Source of the DNA: an uncultured virus (IMG/VR IMGVR_UViG_3300047564_002075)
Taxonomy: Duplodnaviria > Heunggongvirae > Uroviricota > Caudoviricetes
IMG/VR virus record: IMGVR_UViG_3300047564_002075
Strand: one strand, 5' to 3'
Length of the DNA stretch: 64,000 nucleotides
Position numbers and translations under genes: made by a program. This document shows, piece by piece, positions 56,899 to 64,000 of this stretch. Numbering within the stretch: position 1 is the stretch's first letter; the number at the start of each line of letters is the position of its first letter. The notes beneath the pieces are model-generated. The model saw nothing but the letters and a program-made list of their open reading frames with translations, was not told where the DNA came from and did no database searches.

Positions 56899-57813
56899 TC
56901 AATCGTTATCAAACTCAGCGAGTTTAGCAAAGAAACTCATGGTGTCATCTTCATCATCGGAAGAAACAGACGGACGTACTGAAGCTTCAACACGTACATG
57001 TGAAGTATTTGATTGAGGAACTTCAACATCAAAGTCCTCATCCTCTTCAGTTTCCATATCAACTTTCTTCTGAGGACGACCCTTCAGAACAAGATTCATA
57101 CGTTTCTCAAGTTCCTCATAAGTCTTGAAGTTAGAAGGATCAGTGAATGCACTCAGAGAGTGTTCCTTCTTATAGATGGCTTCAAGACCTTCATCATCAA
57201 GATTACCAAGAGTTGAAGGACTTGCAAACTCAGACTTGTCGTAGTTCCAATAACCTGCAACCTTCATGATCTTCAGTTTGAAGTCTGCACCCTGCCACAG
57301 ATCAAAAGGATTGATAGGAGTTTCATCCTCAAACTCAGGTTGCATTGCACCCATGATCTTATCAAAGATCTTCTTACCAAACTTGAACAGGAATACCTTA
57401 CCTTCGTTTTGAGGATTTACAGGATCCTTTACCACATAGATGTTACTGTAATAGGACAGTTTGCGTTTCTGTTTACGAGCAACCTCTTTATCAGAATCAC
57501 GACCACTGTTCCACAGTTCACGGTTGAGATCACCAACGGGATCAGATTTACCGAGAGTGGTCAAACTGTTTTCAATATACCAACCACCAGGGCCTTGGAA
57601 TGCATGACTAAAAACTTTCACCCAAGGAATATCTTCACCTTCGGGTGCAGGTAGGAAACGAATCACTGCATAACCATTACCAGACTTATCCAATTCAGGT
57701 TTCCAGAAACGATCATCAGACCCGCTAGATTCAGTGGAACTAATTTTCTCAAGTTCCCGAGTCAGTTTCTCAAACGCAGAGTTGGAATTTTTTTTGAGAG
57801 CAGAAAAAGACAT
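56899..57813 (-). CDS. gp32: single-stranded DNA-binding protein gp32
   Basis: DDRFWKP..DK.GNGYAVIRFLP...HAFQGPGGWYIENSLTT; acidic tail; start MSFSALKK. Confidence 0.96.
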   Translation of the reverse strand: MSFSALKKNSNSAFEKLTRELEKISSTESSGSDDRFWKPELDKSGNGYAVIRFLPAPEGEDIPWVKVFSHAFQGPGGWYIENSLTTLGKSDPVGDLNRELWNSGRDSDKEVARKQKRKLSYYSNIYVVKDPVNPQNEGKVFLFKFGKKIFDKIMGAMQPEFEDETPINPFDLWQGADFKLKIMKVAGYWNYDKSEFASPSTLGNLDDEGLEAIYKKEHSLSAFTDPSNFKTYEELEKRMNLVLKGRPQKKVDMETEEDEDFDVEVPQSNTSHVRVEASVRPSVSSDDEDDTMSFFAKLAEFDND

Positions 57814-57868
57814 GTGTATTCTCCGTATTGTGTACGTATTTGGCCTTTGTGGTTTTGACCACCTAGTT

Positions 57869-57897
57869 ATCATACCACACCCCTAGGGGGCTGTCAA
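57869..57897 (-). promoter_or_regulatory. gp32 sigma70-type promoter
   Basis: TTGACA-N17-TATGAT. Confidence 0.8.
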
Positions 57898-58229
57898 GGG
57901 TTTTCCATGACAAAATTTTTAATATCTCTCAGGTCTCTTTTCATTCTTGAATAGACATGAGAAACATCATATTCGCCCTCTCGGGCAACTAGGTGAAGAT
58001 GATTCTTTAACATCTTAACGTATTCTTTTGCATCATCTAGATCAGAGTATTTTGCTCTGAAGTAAATAATTTCTTGAATATCAAGAAGTCTTTCCATCAG
58101 GAAGAAATATACTTCCCTACCTTCTGGGGTACGAAACTTTCCACTGCTGAAGAGACCATTTAGATCTTCCTGAATACGCATAAGTTCAGCAGCTTCAGAA
58201 CGAACTATGTCGTGATCAAAGAACTGCAT
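57894..58229 (-). CDS. DUF1825-like protein
   Basis: FF..DIVRSE..EL..IQE...Q.I.YFR..YSD. Confidence 0.65.
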   Translation of the reverse strand: MQFFDHDIVRSEAAELMRIQEDLNGLFSSGKFRTPEGREVYFFLMERLLDIQEIIYFRAKYSDLDDAKEYVKMLKNHLHLVAREGEYDVSHVYSRMKRDLRDIKNFVMENP

Positions 58230-58807
58230 ACTTTGTCGTAAAGAATTCGCTTATATTTATTAGTGTCCAAGGATAGAAATGGTTCGTATTTCACCACCTT
58301 CTTCCTGACTTCTGGCCAGACCACAGGCTCTTGGATTTGTTTATCAAACACAGAAACATATCCAAGGATTTTGTTTAGAATGACCAATGTTTCTAAACTC
58401 AACTGACCAGAAAAATATTCTTTGAGAAGTAAAGGATGACCACCAGACGTTTGAAATATCTTATCAAAGTTTGGTTCTTTATCAATCAATCTATCTACTT
58501 CTTCAGTAAAAATAAAACCTAAACTCTGAGTCTTTTTCTTCCAGTCTGCATATATCTTTGAGTTCTGGATGGGAATACTGCCGATCCAGAACTTATCATC
58601 GTGAATAAAATGCGCGACAAAAAACTCCACGATAGAATTACTATCGTGTTTCAGTGCGAGTTTTTTAAAGAAATACTTGTCGTTTCTTTTTTCAAATGAA
58701 GCAAGACTAGCTCTTGACTTACCGTTGAATTGAAAGAAGTTATAGTTGTCTTTAGTGAAGTGAAGTTTCAGAGAAAGATAAATTTTGTAAACTTCAAATC
58801 CGTTCAT
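58205..58807 (-). CDS. gp59: helicase loader gp59
   Basis: FEVYKIYLSLKLHFT...F.KRNDKYFF.KL...SLETLVIL. Confidence 0.92.
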   Translation of the reverse strand: MNGFEVYKIYLSLKLHFTKDNYNFFQFNGKSRASLASFEKRNDKYFFKKLALKHDSNSIVEFFVAHFIHDDKFWIGSIPIQNSKIYADWKKKTQSLGFIFTEEVDRLIDKEPNFDKIFQTSGGHPLLLKEYFSGQLSLETLVILNKILGYVSVFDKQIQEPVVWPEVRKKVVKYEPFLSLDTNKYKRILYDKVCSSLITT

Positions 58808-58808
58808 A

Positions 58809-59078
58809 TCAAAGAGGTAGTTTAGCGCGAGAAGTTCTCTTCATGAAACACAATCGTTGTGCATCATATTTAAGTTTCTCTTTCAGAGTTTTGGACAACA
58901 GTTTAGGAACACTTTCATACTCAATTTCATTCTCTTCGCAGTAGGTTAGAACTGCTTCAATGTAATTGAGTTGACCATTACTTTCTTTTACAATCCTTTC
59001 AACTTCCAACGAGAATTTAGTTGGAGTCATAAACTTGTCATTTAGAACTTCATTTAATGCCTCCTGACTTTTACTCAT
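58809..59078 (-). CDS. gp33: late transcription co-activator gp33
   Basis: KFSLEVE.IV...YIEAVL.YCEENEIE...LKEKLKYDA. Confidence 0.9.
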   Translation of the reverse strand: MSKSQEALNEVLNDKFMTPTKFSLEVERIVKESNGQLNYIEAVLTYCEENEIEYESVPKLLSKTLKEKLKYDAQRLCFMKRTSRAKLPL

Positions 59079-59748
59079 TAGCTTGTTTCCATTCTTGTAT
59101 ATACTGACCAAGTTTTCTAATGTATTTTGATTTGTCATATTCTTCATAGACTTTACACTCTCCATTTTCGCAAGCCATAATAATTACTAATTTTTTTGTT
59201 ATAAGACCAGTTAGTTCATATAACATACAAGCGTAACCTACTGCTTGTACAAAATAATCTTCAATCCATTCTCTAGGTTTAGGTTCTTTAGAAGTCTTAA
59301 AGTCAATGATTGACAACTCTGGAATTCCAGATTCTCCAGTGTATTCTGCAATGCAATCTACAGTACCTGCAACTCCAAGTTTGAGACTATAGAGGGGAGT
59401 TTCTAGTGCATGAATATTATTTATCCGATCTAGATCTCCCTTTGCAAACTTGAATAGAAATTGAGATAAAGGTTGAACGTCTGGTAGTGGTTGATTACTG
59501 AGATAGTTTTCAACCAATGTATGCATGTCTGTACCACGACTTGCGGCTTGTCTAGAAATTCTATTTGCCTTTTCGTGACCAACACGATTACGCCATTCTA
59601 CTATACTTTGACGTTTTTGGAAACTGGTTACAGTTGTCATTGAAACCAGTTTTATGTCTTCCTCACCAGGAACTTTATAATAACGTTTACCATCAATATC
59701 AACTCTTTCAAGTTTTGGTGGCAACTCTATAGTCACATGATTAAACAT
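59071..59748 (-). CDS. PD-(D/E)xK exonuclease
   Basis: WR.RVG...RGT.MH...AGTVDCIAEY...IIDFKTS...YFVQ. Confidence 0.9.
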   Translation of the reverse strand: MFNHVTIELPPKLERVDIDGKRYYKVPGEEDIKLVSMTTVTSFQKRQSIVEWRNRVGHEKANRISRQAASRGTDMHTLVENYLSNQPLPDVQPLSQFLFKFAKGDLDRINNIHALETPLYSLKLGVAGTVDCIAEYTGESGIPELSIIDFKTSKEPKPREWIEDYFVQAVGYACMLYELTGLITKKLVIIMACENGECKVYEEYDKSKYIRKLGQYIQEWKQANE

Positions 59749-60506
59749 TAGAAACCTAGACTGATCTTACTAATTAGATAACTACGAATGAGTCCAGAAC
59801 GAACAATATCTTCTACATTAAATTCAACCATACCAAACTCTTCCATAGTCTGAAGAATACTCATGAAGTTTAGAACTCCATTTTTTTCATTGGTTCTCTG
59901 TAGGTCGGTCTGATTTACATCACCACAGAACATGATCTTACAATCTTCACCAACACGGGTGATGATAGAATCAAGTTCATGGAAGTTCAAGTTCTGGCAT
60001 TCATCAACAATAATGATTGCTTTGTCAAGAGTTGTTCCACGGATGAATGAAGTGGACCAGAAACTGATTGTACCCTGTGCTTTAAGGTTACCATACAGTG
60101 CTTCAAAGGAAGCGTCATCTGGCATTTCAAACATATACTTTACCATGTTCTTATATGGAATCTGGTAAAGAGAAGACTTGTCTTCGTGATCTCCAGGAAG
60201 GAAACCAATCTCTCTGGTTGCAACTAGAGAACGAACAACATATACTTTCTCATAGATAGAATTCTCCTTCATGATTTCACGGAGAGCAAGATACAAAGCA
60301 ACAAATGTTTTACCTGTACCAGCTGCACCGTAAAGAAATAGATTCTTATCGTTGTTCCAATGTTCAAAAACTTTTTCTTGGGACGGAGTGAGGGGTTCAA
60401 TCTTTAGGAGATGATCACCGTTGATTGGTTTTTTCCGTCTGAGTTGTTTGGACTTCAGGTTTGCAAATGCACCGTCTTTAGTCACATTCTTTGCAGCTCT
60501 TGGCAT
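59748..60506 (-). CDS. phoH: PhoH-family protein
   Basis: GAAGTGKT, IGFLPG, FIRGTT, VDECQN, GDVNQTD. Confidence 0.95.
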   Translation of the reverse strand: MPRAAKNVTKDGAFANLKSKQLRRKKPINGDHLLKIEPLTPSQEKVFEHWNNDKNLFLYGAAGTGKTFVALYLALREIMKENSIYEKVYVVRSLVATREIGFLPGDHEDKSSLYQIPYKNMVKYMFEMPDDASFEALYGNLKAQGTISFWSTSFIRGTTLDKAIIIVDECQNLNFHELDSIITRVGEDCKIMFCGDVNQTDLQRTNEKNGVLNFMSILQTMEEFGMVEFNVEDIVRSGLIRSYLISKISLGF

Positions 60507-60511
60507 AGTTT

Positions 60512-60748
60512 TTAAGCGTCAATAGTAGAACCGTAATGGTTTTGTTTAATGGTCTTGAGTTTCTCCTGTAATGGAGATGGAACTTTGTTCCTCCAATCTC
60601 CAACTTCACTAACAGCACTTGCAACACCTGCAGACCAGTCTTTATCCCAATCAGGATTATCTTTTCTCCACTGATCGTACTCTGCCATTGTCATGTAGAG
60701 TTCTTGTTTGTCACCAGTTTGTTTATTAATTACGGGATATGTGGGCAT
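60512..60748 (-). CDS. conserved small protein
   Basis: MPTYPVIN..TG...WRKDNPDW. Confidence 0.75.
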   Translation of the reverse strand: MPTYPVINKQTGDKQELYMTMAEYDQWRKDNPDWDKDWSAGVASAVSEVGDWRNKVPSPLQEKLKTIKQNHYGSTIDA

Positions 60749-60765
60749 TGGTTCCTCCTTTGTAT

Positions 60766-61275
60766 TTAGACCCATTCTGGTTTGCGTTGTGGCATTCTCA
60801 AGTAGTTATCTTTCACCCATGGTTTGGATGCAATGTACTTTTTATATGCCGTGAAAGTATCTATACTCTTATCCAGTTTGAATTCATCTGGCATCGCACG
60901 AACAAAGGATGTTACCTTTGTAATCTTACCTTTTGGAAACAGATAATATGCGGCAAGAAGAGTATTATAACATGAATGTGTTTTATTATAACGAATTGTA
61001 TATTCATCACATAGGTTCATTCCATGTTTGATCAACCAGTATGCATTGTGAATTGACTCTGCAGCCCACTGTGTACATGGATGATTTCTAAATGCACCTT
61101 TGTCGGTTGCGTATGGAGTACCATCTGATTTTGGCAGAGTCCCATAATTATGATACCACTTGGATGCTACGATGCTAAGCATCTGACAGCACTCAAGTGG
61201 CATCTTTACAATATGTTTGTCTGGGAGAACTACCGCAGACTCTGCAGGAAACTCATTCGTGACAAAGATGTTCAT
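60766..61275 (-). CDS. pyrimidine-dimer DNA glycosylase-like protein
   Basis: MNIFVT...DKHIVKMPLECCQML...NHPCT.W...EY..RY.K.H. Confidence 0.7.
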   Translation of the reverse strand: MNIFVTNEFPAESAVVLPDKHIVKMPLECCQMLSIVASKWYHNYGTLPKSDGTPYATDKGAFRNHPCTQWAAESIHNAYWLIKHGMNLCDEYTIRYNKTHSCYNTLLAAYYLFPKGKITKVTSFVRAMPDEFKLDKSIDTFTAYKKYIASKPWVKDNYLRMPQRKPEWV

Positions 61276-61297
61276 GGTCTAATGGTTCACTAGGAAC

Positions 61298-61335
61298 ATT
61301 ATACCAGAGAAGCCCCTCACCAGTCAAGGGCTTCT
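61298..61335 (-). promoter_or_regulatory. stem-loop sigma70 promoter overlapping the thyX stop
   Basis: TTGACT...TGGTATAAT; IR AGAAGCCC/GGGCTTCT. Confidence 0.7.
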
Positions 61336-61952
61336 GCAACGGTTGGAAACTGTTCTTTAAACACCTTCTTGCAATCTTCTGCAATAATCATGTGTTCTTT
61401 CTGAGTTCCATTCTCACTCCTCAGATTAATATAATGAATCCAAGAACGGCAACTGCCAGTCATATAGATACGAGTTGGAGTTGCAAGAGGAAGAACAAAG
61501 CGAGCACACTCTTTTGCAACACCATTCTCAATCAGATGGTTGTAGAGTGACATACCTTGTTCAAAGTATGTTGCAATCTGTTTCTGGGATAGTTCAATGA
61601 ATGCAGGATCTAGATCATCAATAGAGTTCTGACGATTCTTTGTATCTTGACGACGCAACTCTGGTACTGGAATAGTTGCATCCAAAAGGTTTGCATCAGC
61701 ATACCTTTGTGAAAACTCTTGAAATGTAAAACTTCTGTGTCGGAGTATTTGGGCTGCAATACCACGATTCGTTTCAATCTCCAGAGTCATAGAAGATTGT
61801 TCAAACACAGACCAATGATTATGTTTAATGCAGTAACGAAGCAGACCAGCGTAGTTTTCATTTTCCTGATTAGCAGGATTGGAAACCCTGGCAATGTATG
61901 CCATAGTTTGTTCTGCATCAGGTGTAATAGAAATCAGTTTAACAGAACTCAT
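61317..61952 (-). CDS. thyX: flavin-dependent thymidylate synthase
   Basis: HWSVFE...QILRHRSFTFQEFSQRY...KECARFVLP. Confidence 0.96.
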   Translation of the reverse strand: MSSVKLISITPDAEQTMAYIARVSNPANQENENYAGLLRYCIKHNHWSVFEQSSMTLEIETNRGIAAQILRHRSFTFQEFSQRYADANLLDATIPVPELRRQDTKNRQNSIDDLDPAFIELSQKQIATYFEQGMSLYNHLIENGVAKECARFVLPLATPTRIYMTGSCRSWIHYINLRSENGTQKEHMIIAEDCKKVFKEQFPTVAEALDW

Positions 61953-61961
61953 AAAATAACC

Positions 61962-62216
61962 TCACTTTTTCTTTTTCTCTTTTGCTGGGTTCACCCAGAG
62001 TTTTGGATTTACTCTACCTTCAGATTGTTTAAATGATTTTAAACCTTCACGATACCTATCCCAATAATAATCAAAAATTTCAATTTTGTTTCTTGGAATT
62101 ATAAGGTCGTAACAAGTCACTCCATCATCCTCATATTCTACAATATAAGCTGTATAAGGTAAAGACCTGTCTTGTGCAAGACTAGGATCACATTTATGAT
62201 GGAGTATTTGCATCAA
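61962..62216 (-). CDS. conserved hypothetical protein
   Basis: CDP..A.DRSLPY...FDYYWD...GRVNPKLW. Confidence 0.8.
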   Translation of the reverse strand: MMQILHHKCDPSLAQDRSLPYTAYIVEYEDDGVTCYDLIIPRNKIEIFDYYWDRYREGLKSFKQSEGRVNPKLWVNPAKEKKKK

Positions 62217-62668
62217 CTACGCCCTCCCCATTTAATTTCTGGATATGCTTCTTGAACACATGCTTTGGTAATTTTATATCTCTTACCAAGAGTCTTATCC
62301 TTTGTCATACAAACTACTTCTGCTTCAGATTGGTGAAGTCCCTCCAGTAGTTGAATGAACATATTCTCTCTTTGAGATTGTCTCAGTCCATCATTACCAC
62401 CCTTCACAAAGTTGTACAGTTTTTTATACTCAAGAAAGAGAAGTGTGTGAGAAGTTCCTTCTGGAACATCATTAGCAGTATAAGGTACTTCCCCCTCAGG
62501 AACCATACTAACCACACTCTCATCAAAGTTCCAGATTAAGATAGACTGTAGTGCTGGACTCTTGTATTGATGAAGAAGAGCAATCTTTTCTTTTTTAGTT
62601 TTCGCGTTAGATACTTTCTGAAGCACCTCAGAAATTAGCATCTTTTCAACAGGTAAATTTGTAGCCAT
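62213..62668 (-). CDS. conserved T4-like hypothetical protein
   Basis: LISEVLQKVSNAKTK...WNFD...RENMFIQLLEGLH. Confidence 0.82.
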   Translation of the reverse strand: MATNLPVEKMLISEVLQKVSNAKTKKEKIALLHQYKSPALQSILIWNFDESVVSMVPEGEVPYTANDVPEGTSHTLLFLEYKKLYNFVKGGNDGLRQSQRENMFIQLLEGLHQSEAEVVCMTKDKTLGKRYKITKACVQEAYPEIKWGGRS

Positions 62669-62669
62669 T

Positions 62670-63548
62670 TTAAAAATCCTCTATTTCATTCAGGAGTGAT
62701 GTAAGTTTGTTGTTCAGAAAGTAATTCAATGTTACTTTCTTTTTTACAGAACTATTTAACAGTTCAAATTCTTCAACAATTTGATCTTCAATTTTTGAAG
62801 GAACGCAACTAAGATCAATCAGACTTTTATTGCGTAGGTAGTTCTTGAGTTGATCTTGATTACAAAAAGTTTCTGGTTCGGAATTAATCCACTTGACTAG
62901 ATTCTTTTTGCTGATGGGTTTCTGTCTTTTACCAGAGACAAATGTATCATCGTCAGAGAGAAAGTTTGGAATACCATCACTCCGATCTCCCTTGATGATA
63001 TGTTCCACCAAGTATTGCTTTGGATCTTCAAACTTCACAAACTTTTTAAGAATAGGATTGTACTGTTTTACACAAGGATACTTACTCAGCTGAATAAAGT
63101 CTTTGTCACCAGACAAAATTAGAACTTTCTCAACTTGTTCTCCTATCTTCTGAAGTTTTGTGTTTTTGATTGCAGTGTGTTTGGACAGTACACTAATGAT
63201 GTCATCAGCTTCTGCACCATAAATTTCCATTACAATATATGGAAAGTGTTCCCTCAGTTCATCTCTAATTTTATTCAGGACTTCAAAGATCTTACTCCAA
63301 TCATGAGTAGATTTTTCACGATCCTTCTTTCGGTTTTGTTTGTAGTGAGGGAACTTCTCCTTTCTCCAATAAAATTTGGAGTCATAACAAAGAACTAGTT
63401 GACCGTATTCTTCGGAGAAACTTTTCTTGTAGTGTTTGATAGAGTTAAGAACCATATGTCTAACTAGATTCTCATCAAGTCCATCACTCACTTTGATTTG
63501 CATCATCAAATTACTGATCATGCACTGATTCATATCAACGAGTATCAT
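62670..63548 (-). CDS. rnh: T4 RNase H (5'-3' exonuclease/flap endonuclease)
   Basis: MILVD.NQ...YWRK..FP.YK..RK...EADD...SGDKDF.QL...GDRSDGIPN. Confidence 0.95.
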   Translation of the reverse strand: MILVDMNQCMISNLMMQIKVSDGLDENLVRHMVLNSIKHYKKSFSEEYGQLVLCYDSKFYWRKEKFPHYKQNRKKDREKSTHDWSKIFEVLNKIRDELREHFPYIVMEIYGAEADDIISVLSKHTAIKNTKLQKIGEQVEKVLILSGDKDFIQLSKYPCVKQYNPILKKFVKFEDPKQYLVEHIIKGDRSDGIPNFLSDDDTFVSGKRQKPISKKNLVKWINSEPETFCNQDQLKNYLRNKSLIDLSCVPSKIEDQIVEEFELLNSSVKKKVTLNYFLNNKLTSLLNEIEDF

Positions 63549-63553
63549 AAAAA

Positions 63554-63787
63554 TTAATCCTCTTCGTATTCGTCCTCTTCCTCAATGAACCTTAGAGATA
63601 ACAATTCTTCATTAATCACATGACCTTCATCATCAAACATTTCTGGGTGATATGTTAGTTTTGCAGAAAAGTAGTTATTGAAATACTCATTAGCAAACCA
63701 CCCAATCACCAGACCCATCACCAGACTTCCGAGACAGAATAAAAAACTAAAGAACAAAATTGAAACTACTGATGATAATTCTGTCAT
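63554..63787 (-). CDS. membrane protein
   Basis: TM helix, HPEMFD.EG. Confidence 0.75.
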   Translation of the reverse strand: MTELSSVVSILFFSFLFCLGSLVMGLVIGWFANEYFNNYFSAKLTYHPEMFDDEGHVINEELLSLRFIEEEDEYEED

Positions 63788-64000
63788 TGGTTTTTCTCCG
63801 AGTGTACTAATCTTCCGTTGATACTAATACCTCCACTTTGTATCTTTTTCTAAGGAAAGAAAATACACGAAAAAGGTGGAGGACATATGGTTTTGTTTCC
63901 GGCGGAACGCCTACAGAACTTCCTCCACTTATCATTGCTTTTACATTATTATTTAGATACTTAGATGGTATTTGTGTCATCTAATAACCTTCAACAAAAT

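Noticed and set aside
59071..59748. Cas4-like gene suggesting CRISPR
   Set aside because: This is the core T4-like exonuclease in its usual phoH-gp33 context; no repeat-spacer array was seen anywhere.
1..64000. Alternative genetic code, introns or inteins
   Set aside because: Core genes are full-length under the standard code, with no interruptions or intein motifs noticed.

Overview
This is 64 kb of a T4-like cyanophage (cyanomyovirus) genome. The evidence is CP12, PhoH, ThyX, T4 gp32/59/33/rnh, baseplate genes and tRNA-Leu(UAA). Almost all genes are on the minus strand. There are four blocks. (1) 1-14.8 kb: small early/hypothetical ORFs, an SF2 helicase and many sigma70-type promoters, often in stem-loops, with two classes of upstream palindrome (GTG[A/C]CA-N10-TG[G/T]CAC and TGATAA-N7-TTATCA). 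(2) 14.8-40.3 kb: a large modular tail-fibre/adhesin region interrupted by an inverted three-gene cassette (hypothetical, carbamoyltransferase, flavin halogenase-like). (3) 40.4-56.9 kb: HNH plus tRNA-Leu, gp5, CP12, hub protein, two paralogous tape-measure-like proteins carrying four different peptidoglycan-hydrolase domains, gp51/gp26, gp54-like, gp2, gp4, gp48 and gp53. (4) 56.9-64 kb: replication/transcription genes. The strongest hidden signal is a probable programmed -1 frameshift (T TTT TTC plus a downstream hairpin) fusing gp26 to gp51 just upstream of the tape-measure-like genes. All family calls come from motif recognition by eye; no database searches were run.
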